A stretch of 62,052 nt of DNA, counting the filler, from Dugesia japonica (taxonomy: Eukaryota), in assembly GCA_001938525.1 (NCBI GenBank). It is 6 parts of 6 records of this genome, joined end to end, with 100 filler letters (N's around TTAATTAATTAA, not from the genome) between each part and the next. Parts side by side here need not be neighbours in the genome. Positions count along the whole stretch, not along the records: positions 42,743 to 51,914 come from MQRL01327549.1; positions 52,015 to 62,052 come from MQRL01508844.1; 4 more parts are not named here. The stretch is one strand, 5' to 3'. The position numbers and the translations under genes are program-made. The notes beneath the pieces were generated by a model. The model worked only from the letters and a program-made list of their open reading frames with translations. It had not been told where the DNA came from and ran no database searches. Position 1 is the first letter of the stretch. Every line of letters begins with the position of its first letter. Below, one piece after another: positions 44,196-58,137 of this stretch.

Positions 44196-47149
44196 ATTAT
44201 TGTAAAGAACTTTTACTTAAACTGACTTTGTCTATTTGTAGCTTTAAACTAAATTTAGAAATTTTCTAAATTGAATTTGAAACGAAAATATTCTAATTAT
44301 TTATCGAAAATTTATACAAGGATTATTAAAATAATTGCTGTCTGTTAAAGTTTATATTTTATAATAAATGTCAAAATATAAATATTTGTTTGTCGTCAAA
44401 TAATTATATCAAGTTCTATTAAAAACGAATATCATTTATTATTATAATTGTATTTATGTTATAAAAAAATTATTCTTTTAATTTAAGATTTTATTCAAAG
44501 ATATTTTAATTTTCTTTACTCATCTTGAACTTTAATTTAAATACGAAAATTTTATATTTTTTTTCATTACTTTTCTCATTAAATAAAAACAATTTCTTTT
44601 TCAGTCTTTTAATTATTTGCAATTTCATTTATTAATTTCTATCTAAAAATATCCCTGTAATTTTATTCATTGAAATTCATCAATCTAATTCCATTAATCC
44701 CGTTCCATGAAATCAAATTAAATTTATTAACTTTTATTAACATTAGTTTTAATATTAAAATTTGAATTTTTCAAAATAATTAATTAATGCATTATATTTA
44801 TTACATTTATATTAATATCTTTACTTCATTTTGACTACGTTAAATTAAATAATATTTTCTAAAATATTTCAGATTCCTAAATAATGTGATATATTTAACT
44901 TACAGTAATATTTAAATATATCCAAATTCAAATTATTGAATATTTAAAATTAAATATTAAAAATATTTAAATAAGTTTAAGTTGTTTTAATATTGCTATT
45001 TTATTAAATATAGTTTTAACTTGTAAATTATGATAATAATTTATGGTGATAATTTATAATTGTTAAAAGAATATATAAAGTTACGAATATATAATTATAT
45101 AAATATTCAAACAATCATATTGAAAATTTTTTTTCGGCCTAATAAAACATAGGGCTTGTAAAATAACAAAATAAATTTTAGAAAAATTTGAAAATATTAT
45201 TTATGATTTGATTTAACTACAAAATAACAATTATCTGAAAAAAAATTAATGGCATTTGGTAATTTTTTTGAGATTTCAGAATTCATTTTTTAGAGAATTG
45301 TAATTTATGTAGATTTAGAAAAAAGATTTAATTTCAAATAAATGAGATGAAAATATAGGATTAAAAAAGTAAAGAATGAATAAATAATAAATTTAAATAT
45401 CAAAGAATATAATTAATCTAATTGATTTAAAAGTTAATCCGACAATAACACAAATTCTGAAATAAAACTTTTAAATTATTTTTAAAAATCAAAGTTAAAG
45501 TTGAGTCATAATTTGTTTAGCATGTTCTATTTCTTTTGTTCTTTTATTTTTCGTTAAATACTTTTTAGATACCGAATTAGATACTCTTATTAATTCAACG
45601 GCGAGCGTCTTAGAATCGCAAAACAGTGACAACATTTCATCAATTATCTTACTGATTTTTTTGAAGTTCCTCTCAGATTTCATGAGACAATAGATTGAAA
45701 TTTCATTTAGGTTCTATCTGATAATAACAACCACTGAAAAGAAGTTTATATCATATCGAAACCAAATGATTTTTAAATTGAGATTATTAAATAACAAATT
45801 CGTTCTTGGAAAAGTTTGATAACTTTACTTTTTTTTAGTATAAGAAACTATTTCTTCGGGTTGAAAATGATTTTTAATAAAAAAAATTGTATTTATTTTA
45901 TTTATTCTACTACTGCTTTTAGAATTATTGTTATATTAGATAATCTATTATTAGACATTACTTATTAGAAAAATAAAAAAAAATTTTAAATATCATAAAA
46001 AAATAATTTTATAGCAATTTTTCAATTTATTTAACAAATTTCTACCATTCTAGGGCTGTTTCAAGATATTTTTTCATATAATAAAATATATTAACAAATA
46101 TGAATTGAATATATTAACAAATTTAAATAAATTTCTTAAAATATATTAATAAAGACCTTCAAACGATAAACTACTTTAAAGATCAAACTTCTAACAACAA
46201 TGATCAGGCAATAATTTCCAGCAACAAAACCCGTAAACTTAGACAAACGATCACCATTCAATAGTAAAATAGAAAAAGTTTCGAAAAAACAATTCAACCA
46301 AATTAAATTGCATAAAATGAAAAGTTATCGATCCAGACCGTTCATGCAATTATAACTAAAATTTCTAAGGGAATAAGAGACAAAGAAACTGTGAAAAGAA
46401 AATTGGGAAGAAAACCACAAACTGAATCTTTTTCTCAAAGTTTTTTAAAAGATTCATCTTACTCATAAAAAATATGTTGAAGAGCTTTAGTCAAATTTCA
46501 TCTGACTTTTTTTATAATTAATAATTTTTTAAAAATAAATTAAATCTATTTTTTTTTCTAAAAATTAAAATTTTTTCATTGAGCAAATGTAATTTCTTTC
46601 TAATTTCACAAATACCAATTTTCAAAATGCTTTAATTGGATTATTTTTTTAAACAAATTTATTTTATCAATTTATTAATTAATTTCTATTTTTCCACAAA
46701 ACAACAAATCTATCTATCCATAGATTTACATTTTCATTTTCACACAAATCATTCAATTAGTTAATTGTTGTTTACAAATTTTTAATTGTTTTCATTTGAA
46801 TTTATATTACATTTCTTTTGATGTTAAATTTTTTTAAATATTTCTTTTAATTTTAAATTTCTAATTTCAAATATCTTTAAAAATAGAAAATTTATGATTC
46901 TTTAACCAATTTTTTTATTTATCTATTGGTTTGTTTGTTTTTTATTAAAATAATTTCAGTTTCAAACGAANNNNNNNNNNNNNNNNNNNNNNNNNNNNNN
47001 NNNNNNNNNNNNNNNNTAAACAATGATTAATTTAAATATTTATTTTTTTAAATGTGTTGATATTGAGATTTCAGATTTTATATTTGATATTTTCATTTAA
47101 AATGGTAAAAATGTTGCATTGAATGAATGAAAGACTTTGATGAAATATG

Positions 47150-47442
47150 TTGTTTCTCCAGCCTCCTTTCCATGTAAAACTTCCTAAAATCATCAAACAT
47201 CAATTTATCCAGTTTCCTGACTTTGTCAATCATCTTAAGATGTTTGAAGATTCCAAAATATGCATCTTTGTTGCTATTTTTTATAAATATTTTCTTGGGT
47301 CTTTCTGGACCTTCTCTGCATGGTACACAGATCTCAAGAACTATTTCCCCAAGTTTTGTTTACATTTTCAGTAGTTTCTGTTGCACTGTGACCGAGTTTA
47401 AATCTGTGAAGTATAATGGTACGAAAAACGATTCTGTTCATA
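47150..47442 (-). pseudogene. mariner transposase N-terminal remnant with internal deletion
   Basis: FKLGHSATET..N....WG; HLK.I.KV.KLDK. Confidence 0.75.
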
Positions 47443-47907
47443 ATTAACTAGAAAGTAATATCATTTTCATGAAATACATTTGCAATATTTAGAATATTAG
47501 AATGTTAATTATATTAACAAAACCAATTTATTGGAAATGGATATTCTATAGAGATTTTCTTGAAATTCCGAACTATTGAAAAATTCACAATTACTTTCCT
47601 AATACATATCAATGAATAATAATTTAAAAAAATAATACATAGTTTATTTATTATAATCTATAAATAGAATGATTTTTTTTAAATATTTGATCGAATACCA
47701 AAGGTATGTGTAAATTCAAAGTATTTCTTAATTAATTATATCAGTCAAAAATTAACCAAACAGATAAAACTAGAAGTTTTTACGATAATTATAGACATAT
47801 GTTGAAAACAATGCAGATGAATAGAGTTTTTTTTAAATATATTATGGGAAAAAACTTCTAAAATATTCAATTATTAAAGTTTAGATTGATTAAACTAGTA
47901 GCTAGAC

Positions 47908-48246
47908 TAAGGTAACCATACGTCACGCTTTTAGTAGGACAGTCCCGATTTTTAACAATTTATCCAGGGTCACTCGGTGTATTAAGAAAATATGCACGAC
48001 AAGCTAGGGAACGGCGTAGAACGTGATGGAATATACGTTTTTCTGTTTCCATGTAGCTATTCCACCGGGATATGAGTTTTATATTATTTTTGTAAGTTGT
48101 GCTTGTGTTGAAATAATAAAAATATATTAAAATACTATTTTTGATTCTAAATCTATCTTGCTCAATACAGATCATATTTTTAATCAAGAACACCTGCTCT
48201 GGTCAATGGTGTCCCGCTTTACGAATATTAAAATCTGGTCACCTTA
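47908..48246. mobile_element. hAT-family MITE
   Basis: TIRs TAAGGT(A/G)ACCA; perfect 8-bp TSD AGCTAGAC at 47900-47907 and 48247-48254. Confidence 0.92.
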
Positions 48247-48434
48247 AGCTAGACTATTGTTTAATTTTTGCTATAGATTAAGTATAATACCATTCATATG
48301 TTGTCATGTTAAAATTATAGGTATGCAAATTCAAAATATTCAAAAATAAAACTTTTAAAAACGTAAACTGCATATTTTTTAAAAATTTTAATTTATAATA
48401 ATCGATTTCATTAATAACTATACAATAACTGTAT

Positions 48435-49345
48435 ATTGATCTAATTATAATTTCCGTTTTTTATATTTAATTTTATTATTAATTAATTAGTATTAATTAT
48501 AATTAATTAACTATTTTCCATACTTTATAATAAAAAATTAATTTTATCTTTAATAATTCAATTATAATTTCTATTTTTTAAAATATTTTTATTTTCCATT
48601 TTTTAATTTATTATCGTTTTATATAAAAAAAAAGGAGATTAGAAATAAATAGATGAATAGAGTTTATCAACAACTTAGGGAAACAATTTCATAGACAGGA
48701 ATAAAATGGATACAAAACAAATATAAAGTGAAATCGAAAATAGAGAAGATATATATTAGAAATATTTAAAACAAAGTTTTAAAGAAGTAAAGAATCCGTG
48801 GAAAATAATAATCATTTAATAGTGCTAAAGGATGAAATGTAAAGAATCTTTTGTAGAAAAAAAATTCTGGGAAATATAAAGAAATATTTATTTAATAGTG
48901 GTGAAATAATTATTCTAAGCAACTCCAATAAATTATAAATTTAAATTATCAAACAAAACAACAATAATAATTATTTCACTCTTTTGGTTACAATATTAGT
49001 ATATCGGATTTGTTTTTGTTGATGAAGTCGTATTGATTTAACACTTCCTGAATTATTTCTAGGAATTATTGTCTTATTTTATAGTTGGACCATAAATAAC
49101 TCAATTCAAAGAACACATTTAAATATAGATAAACTACAAATTCGTCTAGAATAAACGAAAATAGAAATTATCTAGTATTTTTTTATTTGCACAAAACAAA
49201 GATTTCATTGATAACTATAGATTGATCTAATTATAATTTCCGTTTTTTATATTTAATTTTATTATTAATTAATTAATATTAATTATAATTAATTAACTAT
49301 TTTCAATACTTTATAATAAAAATTTAATTTTATCTTTAATAATAA
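48435..49345. repeat. Local direct duplication of about 125 bp (48435-48560 and 49221-49345)
   Basis: Near-identical ATTGATCTAATTATAATTTCCG... copies. Confidence 0.8.
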
Positions 49346-49977
49346 TAATAGAAATTATCTAGTATTTTTTTATTTGCACATCCATTGAAAAGAAATTATT
49401 TCTATCAAATATTTTCATATGAACAAACTATATAATTGGTGTAAATTGGAGGCGGGATTTCATATATAAATATTTCATGATGTATATGTTTGATAGATTT
49501 TATATATTATGCACAATGTTTTTTTATTATTTGTTTTACATGATCTCAACTATCCTGTGCAGAATATCAGTGTTGGAAATATTTGTTTTATCGTCTTTAT
49601 ATGCATGTATTCCTCTATTTTTGTTTCATCTTGTCCAATCCTTAAAAGATTTTTTAGGGTAAATATTCAAATTTACAAACTGTGAATAATAAAATAAGAA
49701 ATTTATTTATGCTCTCTAAATATACAGCTTTTAGATATACAACAAATATACAACATTCAATTATTAACAATGAAATGATTGATTTTCGTTAAATAAAACA
49801 ATAATTATTTTAAGTCTTCAACAAAAATCATTTTTCTTCTTTAAATATGCTTATAAATACGACAATTTTCATTTGAACAACATTTCACATGAATTATGTA
49901 ATATGTAATAAATTAAAAAATTTGATAGATAAAAATATTTAATAAAATTTATCATTGTATTATTGCGCAATTAAAAT

Positions 49978-51000
49978 ACAGAGTGTTCATTTGACAAACA
50001 TGTTCAACATCAAGAATTTATTTGGTAAAGAACAATCAAATAATAGAATATCAACAGATAAATACAAGAGGTGTTATAAATGACGGTTGTTTACTTGTAA
50101 ACATTTATGAGCACGCCAACTCATATTGTTGAAAATATTTTTCAATATTTCTAAATGAATAACACGAATAGTGTCTCTGATACAGTCTTACAGTTTGTCA
50201 ATGGTATAAGAATTTTAAACAATCTTGGGGTCCATTGGTTTCTTGTGATAACTCGATCAAATATATTGCGAAGATAAAGCATGGTATGTCGATTGGTGTG
50301 ACTAGTAACATAATCTTGTTGAAACCAATCTTATTCACACTTCTAGTTATCCACGTCTTTGGGAAATCGATCACTGATTCACAATAGTGATCAAATATTA
50401 TTGTCTCATCAAAAAGTATTTGACCAATAATATGGCTGCAACAAATATTCACCCATACACCAATTTTCACCGTGACTTAACCAACAATGAGGATTTAATG
50501 TTGACCACGGTCAAAAGTTTTTAGAGTCATCTTTTGAAATAATTTTACATGAAGTCTTGTGTCATTCATGTTATTTTAAAACCCCGCGCAGTAGTTGCAA
50601 CGTGTACCATAATCTAATGGCAGTAAGTCTTGTAAGAATAAAATATTTTAAGTGAAAAAATTTCACTGTTTTGCAAATCAACTTATAGAATTTCCCAACT
50701 GACAAACCACTTTCTGCACAATATTTGCGTATTGATTTACTGGGATTGTATTCCGTACGATCATGGATACAATTGATAATTTCCATTATTATTAATATCT
50801 TCATTATTTCAAAAGTATGAAATAATTAAACTTATATGGCCATTAAAATCGAATATTGGGTTGTAACATAATTTTCCGTGATTTTTTAATAATAATTTAA
50901 AACATCTATGTAGAACATTTTTTTTACAATAATAACAAGTAAATCAATGATATAATCTCCGTCATTTTTTATGATATGTTTCAAATTTTTTTAAGGTTGA
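49978..51000 (-). mobile_element. Tc1/mariner DD37D-like transposon remnant
   Basis: TA-CAGAGTG end; KIGVW......IIG...FD.T; WFQQD-like; PSKSIRK. Confidence 0.65.
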
Positions 51001-51845
51001 ATATGTCTTTTTGAAACTTGGTGAATGGTTTTTCAATACAAAGCGTAGTATTGGGATAGTATCAAATGTTTGGTCAAACGTTGGGAAGATGTATATTAAA
51101 AAGACAATACTTTTAGATATTTATATAAATAAATCTGAGTTTACTGAAATATAAACTTTAAATTTGATAAATTTAATATCTAATATTAAAAAATTAATAG
51201 AAACAAATAGAAAACATTTTTCAATTTATAAAATCACACAATAATTTAAATTTAAAACGTTGGCTTTGAAATAGTTCAATAAATAATTTTATATAATCTA
51301 TAAAAAAAAACGATTTTTTATAATAAACATTTTTTATAATAATGGAAAAATTTGGAATTTTTCTACAAAAAAATTATTCATTAAAAATAAATTGCCATTA
51401 ATAATTAATTTAATTAATTATAACTGTTCGACAAATTAATTTAATTTATTTCCAAAATTGCTTTTAGAAAGTTGAAATTGAAAACCGAAATTAGTATTTT
51501 CACGTAAAATATAATTTGGCATATAATTCAGTAAGAATAGGTTAATTAATATTTTGCAGTTTTCACATTTGGAAAAATTGAGTATTTTTAATTTCTAAAT
51601 GTGTCATTAAAAGTCGAATTTTGATATAATTATTAACACTTCAAAACGACAAATTGACATCAATTAGACATTAAGAACGTTTTTGAAAATAAATAATTAA
51701 AAGAAAAATAATTCAATTTTCCATTTTTCAAATATGCCACTTTAAAATGACAACTTTGTTGTTAAAAACAATAATTTCTAAAGAAATTGTCACAAAATCT
51801 TTTTACATTTAAAAATTAATCATCAACTATTATAATTGAATAGGA

Positions 51846-51857
51846 AATAATAATAAC

Positions 51858-51914
<57 letters not shown>
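51846..51914. repeat. (AAT)n microsatellite
   Basis: Perfect run at the scaffold end. Confidence 0.9.
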
Positions 51915-52014
51915 NNNNNNNNNNNNNNNNNNNNNNNNNNNNNNNNNNNNNNNNNNNNTTAATTAATTAANNNNNNNNNNNNNNNNNNNNNNNNNNNNNN
52001 NNNNNNNNNNNNNN
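51915..52014. other. Artificial scaffold linker
   Basis: 44 N + TTAATTAATTAA + 44 N. Confidence 0.97.
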
Positions 52015-52754
52015 TTTCAACAAATCAAAATCATTCATGATGAAATGGATCATCTCAGTAGATACATCCGTGCGCACAAAACCACCTCCCCCCGCTGGAA
52101 AAGTGCTATGATTTTTTGGTTTGATTTTTTGTATAATTTGTTGGTTTAAAATTTTTGAATATTGATTGGTCAAAAAGTTGTATTGAAAATATTTTCTTTT
52201 TGGAAATTTTATTTGTCGAAATTTTGGTCAGAAAAGTGGAATTTTGAATTTTTGGTTTTTAATTTTTTTTCAGTCAATTTTTATTGTATAGTTTCAAATT
52301 TAGTATCGCCAGTTAAGACATACGATTGTTCCATAATATATATCTATAAAATTGAATTTTGAAATTTTTGCATCCATGTGGCGAATTTTTCAAATTTTAT
52401 CAAGCAAATTGAATAAATCTGAAGTAATGTTATTCACATATCCTTGAAAATACAAATTTCTAAGCCCTAGTTTCACTAGTTTTCCTACCACGAACACATT
52501 TGCACATAAAGGGTCATATTTTACAAGTATTAGAGTAGGAAATAACTCTGGTTCGAACCAACAGTTGACTATTCTTGCTAATTTATACAAATTTATTAAA
52601 ACTCCCATATTTACGACAATTGTTAGTAACTGTAATTGTAAATTTTTTATAAAATAGGGGTTCACATTATGCGGTTCTAATGGTTTCTTACATCCCATTA
52701 TTCTTGATTTTATTGACCTAGAGTAAATAATTGAATATTTATCCCTTTTGACTT

Positions 52755-52945
52755 TGTTAGGTAAATCTTCAATTGTTAATTCATTTTGCAAATCAGAATT
52801 CATATTGTTAGACATTTTTTATTTTACTACTACAAACTATATTTCATAAGATAAATAATTATGAAATACAAGTATTTAAATATTAATATTTAGATGTCTC
52901 AATTCCTAATGGGTGAGATTATTAATTAATAATTATTTTCTCATA
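52755..52945 (-). repeat. 3' LTR
   Basis: Near-identical to 56024-56214; preceded by AAAAAAGGGGA on the minus strand. Confidence 0.93.
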
Positions 52946-52995
52946 TCCCCTTTTTTAAGAAACTTCCTAAGTTTTTCCCCATTTCTTTCTAAACG

Positions 52996-54820
52996 CTAGC
53001 CATTGTCTCCTTGTATTGCACACCACCTTTCGTGAATTTTTTCAATTATTCGATAAGGTCCTTCAAATCTGCCTTGACTTTTATTTCTTGTTTCTACATT
53101 GATGAGTACAAAATTGCCCACTTTAAATTCTCTTTTAGTAATCACGTCTGAAATGGTTTTTTTAGTTTTATCTGACACGTCTGACTTGTATAAGTTTATT
53201 TGGTAATTTTCCTTCTAAAAAACGAAGTAAATCTTCTTCCGTACAAGTAATGTTTGAAATGCAGACAGAAATAATAAACAGCCAATAAATCCTTTCGTGT
53301 AATGTAGTATCCTTTTTCATGACTCGTTATTGAGTGTGATCCATAGGCAACAAATCTTTCTCTTCCTTCTTTATCTCTCTGTGACAATACTGCTCAATTG
53401 TATCGAAACTTGCATCTGTATCTAATATAAATTCTTTGTTTATGTCCGGACAACACAATATTGGTACAGTCCTTAGAGTTGTTTTCAGTCCATTCTAATT
53501 TCTTGTTGCTTGGTCCGCTACACAATTGCTCTAATATCTTTAACTTTCTTGCGTAGTTTTCTATAACCTTATTGTAATAATTACAAATTCCCAAGAAACC
53601 TCGTAACTTCTTCACACAGTTAGATTTGCCAAATGTTCTTATTGCTTCTATTTCATACACCATCCTGGTAATTATGTGTCCAAGAAACTTGATTTCGTTT
53701 TGAAGAAACTCACACTTCTCTGGATTTAATCTTAGACCAGCCTACATTATTTCCATCAATACTTTAACAATGACTTCATAGTGTTGATCTTTATTGTTCG
53801 TAAATATCAGAATGTCATCAAGATAAACTATGGCTCCACTGATTCCGCCAACCACTTTTGTCATCATCTCCTGAAATGTCCCTGGTGCCGCTGCGATGCT
53901 AAATGGTATTCTATTAAAACAATATTGTCCGTATTTCGTTGAAAACGCTGTTTTTTCTTGAGATTCTTCTTTGAGGTATACCTGATAGTATGTATTTCTT
54001 AAATCTATTGAACTGAAATATTTGGAGACATCTTACTTTTGCAGCATTTCATCGACATTAGGCATCGGAAAGGCTTGTCCTTTTGTTACTGCATTCAACT
54101 GTCTGAAATCCAAACATATTCTTATGTCCTTCTTTTTTTCCAAACACAGATCAATGGAATATTCCATGGATAGTTGCATTTTCGGATAATATTATTCTCA
54201 AAAAGGTTTTGGATAGCTTTTTCAATTTTAGATTCTAAGTTCATTGATTGTCTGTACGGTTTTACATTGATTGGTTCAACACTTGTGATTATTTTGTGTC
54301 TTTTCACATTTGTACGTTTTACATCCAATTTAACTGCTATAGAAACATATTTTTTACTTTCAATTATTTTCAATAACTGTTGGTCCTCTGTAATCTACAA
54401 ACTATTTAAACCTCTTGTCAATCGCTCTCCATTTTTAATTTTTCTTCCGAATTTCGCTTCAATATTACAAATTTTCGACTTTTTCATCCGTTTTGCTATC
54501 GATCTTTCGTATAAGCTGATATCTAAAAATCTTCTGCATATCTATTCCTCCTATCTGATCTGGTGTCACTCTTTTAGGAACTAAAAAAGTAATCTCTTAG
54601 CAGGCTTCATCAATTATCACTCCAGTTCTAACTTTCCCAACAATTTCAAGTGTTCTAATGTTTCCACAACGCAATCTTTCATGACTCATTTCTAAATTTA
54701 CTTCTCGTAATTTAATAAAACAAATCAAACTCATCACGTTAATTTGAGCCCCTGTAGCTAATAGACATTCGACTTTATCTCCTTGAATTGAGACTGTAAC
54801 ACTAGGTTTGCCTTGCAATT
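52996..54820 (-). pseudogene. Gypsy pol remnant
   Basis: CLLATGAQ (catalytic D lost), PWN.P...V.K, CLDFRQLN, KTAFST, YLDD, LRGFLG..NYY, HF.HYLYG, FEGPY. Confidence 0.9.
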
Positions 54821-55179
54821 TATGGTACGAAATATTTATTTTCTTTTTTGCTTCAACTGTTTCAATCCATTCAACTTTTCTACCATCTGTAAAATTTCAC
54901 CTCTTTAAGAAACTGTATGCTTTTTCTGTAACTTTTCCTATATCATCCCACTTTTCGACCCCTTAAGGATATTTACTCACTTCATTTAACAATGGATGGC
55001 TCCAACCAACTCCTCTACTGGTGGAGTCTGCCTTTTGGGTACTGCCTTTTGGAATCACTTTCATATACTTTCTCATATTCATCGTCTGTACTGACATCTT
55101 CATCTTTAATCGCATGTATTCGGTTATATCGGTTTCTTGATCTTTCTGCATTCATAAATTTATCATTGGTTCTTTTCCT

Positions 55180-56084
55180 TTTAAAATTTGTGTAGCACTA
55201 TTCTGCTCTATTTCCACTATTACAACATCGTTTACACCTCACGTCTTGACATAACCGTCTTATTTGGGCAACGTTTCCACTACCAAAACATTTTGTTGGT
55301 TTTTTATTTTGACAATCTCGACTTATATGTCCTGTTTTATGACAACTCCAGCACTCTACCACTTTTTTTTCGGACAACTTGCTTTAGTATGACCGATCTT
55401 ATGATATGACCAACATTCGATATTTTGTTTTTCCTTTCTTTGCTCCACATGTCTATTCAGTGTACGATTTACAGGTTTCTGATAATTTCGGTTTGTAACT
55501 CTCGCGTAACTTCTAACTTCATCAACTCGATCTCTGTTTTTCTCTACTCGATCTACTAACGTCATTGTTTCTTCAATTTCTTCTATATNNNNNNNNNNNN
55601 NNNNNNNNNNNNNNNNNNNNNNNNNNNNNNNNNNNNNNTTATCTGAACAATATACTAGCATCTTTGTAACCATTTTTTCTTCAGTAAAATCTTTATTTGT
55701 AAATAATCTTTCCACTAAATATTTTACATTTCTAAAATGAAATTAAATCTTTTCATTTCCACGCCTGTAGTTAACCAAATTTTGAAAATCTTTCTCTTTC
55801 TCAAATGCCATACGCAAACGAGCCTGAAAATCTTCAACTTTTTTCAACTTCATTGCATATTCTTCCAACAAATCGTCATCTAGCAAACAAGAGACTAATC
55901 TCTCCTATTTCATGTTTCATCTGAAATATGTTTTTAACTTCAAAATACAATTCACACCTTTTGATAAATTTCTAAATATCATCTCCTCTGCAGTAATAGA
56001 ATCGGTATTTACCGCTCCCACAATGTTAGGTAAATCTTCAATTGTTAATTCATTTTGCAAATCAGAATTCATATTGTTGGAAAT
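55180..56084 (-). pseudogene. Gypsy gag with multiple CCHC knuckles, frame starting inside the 5' LTR
   Basis: ECW..HK.GH....C, ECW.CHK.GH....C and C..CG...H....C knuckles. Confidence 0.8.
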
Positions 56085-56214
56085 TTTTTATTTTAATACT
56101 ACAAACTATATTTCATAAGATAAATAATTATGAAATACAAGTATTTAAATATTAATATTTAGATTTGTCAATTCCTAATGGGTGAGATTATTAATTAATA
56201 ATTATTTCCTCAAA
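56024..56214 (-). repeat. 5' LTR
   Basis: Near-identical to 52755-52945; followed on + by TSD GACTT. Confidence 0.93.
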
Positions 56215-56413
56215 GACTTTAACTTGGCATGGTTTGCCTATAGGAAAGCTCATTTTCTTTGTTACTTTTTACGACACTTCACCTCTGTAATTGATATTGG
56301 TAATCATATTAATTGAAATTATGAGGAGCATTGGGGTTTTGATAGAGTTAATTTAATTGATTCGTTAAAACAAATATAAACAATGTAATAAATTATGAAT
56401 AAATTAAAACAAG

Positions 56414-57031
56414 ATGGAGAAATTAAGAAATGATGCAGTCTATCACATTGTTGGACCCAGTGGTAGTGGTAAAATTTTGTTTATATGTCAATTATTGAAA
56501 TCAAAGTTATTCAAGTCAAAATTTTAAAACATATACTGACATAGGGGTGCAGATGAGGAACATGGACTGACTAGAATTTTGTAATATTAAAATGAAAATT
56601 TTAAATGGTTTTGATTCTAATTGGAGCAAAAGATTAAGACCAGTTGATGTTATTGTTATTGATGATCTGTATCAGGAGGCAAATAAAGAAAAGGATTTCA
56701 ATAATTTATTCACAAAAATATCGAGACATTGTAATGTGACTGTTATATTTATTACTCAAAATCTATTTCATCAAGGAGGTAGTCATAGAACCCGAAATTT
56801 AAACGTACATAATTTGGTTCTATTCAAAAATCTTAGAGTTAAAACTGTTGTTGATTTTCTAGCAAGATAAGCATATCCAAATAACAGAAAATTGTTTATT
56901 GAATCATTTCAAGATGCACAAAAAAACCACATGGATTTCTTGACTTTACACAACAATGTCCAGATGATTATAGAGTGAGAACAGATTTATTCAACCTTAA
57001 TGGTATCGCAGTATATATACAAAACAGGTAA
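56414..57031 (+). pseudogene. Polinton packaging ATPase
   Basis: IVGPSGSGK, VIVIDDL, FTK.SRH.NVTVIFITQNLF, RT..LN....VLFKN.R. Confidence 0.92.
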
Positions 57032-57302
57032 CCTTTCATAATATAACAAAATGACAAAATTATAGAAATGTGTAGTTGATCAAGTAACTGATGGTCTTAT
57101 TAAACATTGAAAAACATCTGTTGAGAAGAAAAAGTAAAAAAAAGAAACATCACATAAATAAGAAGCAAACAAGAAAAAAAAGGAAACAAATGATTATGTT
57201 TAAAAAACCTGCAAAATGGAATGGAAAGAAGCTGAAAATGATGATTAGAAAATAGATTTATTATAAACAAAGTTATAGTATGTATTAGTTTAATAAATAA
57301 AG

Positions 57303-57625
57303 ATGAAATTGCAAGTAATCATACTGTTTTTTACAGCTTTAATTAAATCATCAAAACATTTAAGAATGAAAATTTTGCAATCATTCCCACGATATGTTAT
57401 AGATGATTTACTTGAAATTATTATAAATATTGTTCATTGCAATGTAGATTTGAGTGCAGCCAAAAAGAAGACATTGAGAAAACATATAATTGCTTTATTA
57501 ACGCTTGTAAACACAGAAAATAGAAAATCAATGAGACACGTAATGAACAATGAAGGTGGTGGCTTTATAGCAACATGCTACCCATTGCAATGGCTGCATT
57601 AGGGTTAACTCATTTCAAATAAACA
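57303..57625 (+). pseudogene. Polinton core/PW-like protein with a GG|F cleavage site
   Basis: L.EII.NI..C.V.L...K..L.KH...L; GGGFIA followed by a frameshifted hydrophobic tail. Confidence 0.7.
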
Positions 57626-57769
57626 ATGGTTGACTTTATAACAGTAATATTAATAATTAGCTCAAATGAACAATGAGTGGATTGCAATAATTACCTAACG
57701 TTGACTTAAACTTTGCATCTGATTGTTTTGGTGGAGCAAATAATGAAGATAATATGAATGGATCCAAAA

Positions 57770-58075
57770 AACCCAACAGGTTTTTGAGGCGTAAAAAATT
57801 GATGAAAGCAGCTCAAAACACGCAAAGAAAGACAAAAAAGTGGTTATCTGTACAAGGTTGAAAGGATTTCCAACAAGAGCATATAAAGCATATGGTATTC
57901 ATGATTAATTGTAAAATGTATCTAATGGGAATGATTATTCAAAGACTAATAAATTTTAAAAGTATATTTCTGTTATTTATCGTTGTATTCAATAGATTTG
58001 CAAGAGCTGTTCTATTTTAATCCAAGAAAACTAAAGAATAAACAATACTTTGTAAAATGATATTAATACGAAAAC
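57770..58075 (+). pseudogene. Highly decayed Polinton integrase remnant
   Basis: FPTR.Y...GI.D, then V...RFA.AV...SK. Confidence 0.5.
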
Positions 58076-58137
58076 TGATTTTAGTATTAACAACACAAAT
58101 AGACAAACAAGACGCAAATTATAATTAAATCTAATAA

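Larger units (their letters stand above)
45495..49680 (-). pseudogene. Possible decayed host-gene exons (about 49530-49680, 48985-49120 and 45495-45713)
   Basis: Short protein-like stretches, some after AG acceptors, with internal stops; no recognisable family. Confidence 0.25.
52755..56214 (-). mobile_element. Ty3/gypsy LTR retrotransposon, internally deleted (integrase core missing)
   Basis: 191-bp LTRs at 52755-52945 and 56024-56214; 5-bp TSD GACTT; PPT at 52946-52956; gag CCHC, PR, RT YLDD, RH, GPY. Confidence 0.95.
52390..56307 (-). pseudogene. TBP-like (TATA-binding-protein fold) gene of about 150 aa, split by a gypsy insertion
   Basis: Joining 56307-56215 to 52749-52390 gives MITNINY...KP.QVKVKRDKYSIIYSRSIKSRIMGCK...FEPELFPTL....P.CANVF..GKLV.LG. 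Confidence 0.75.
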
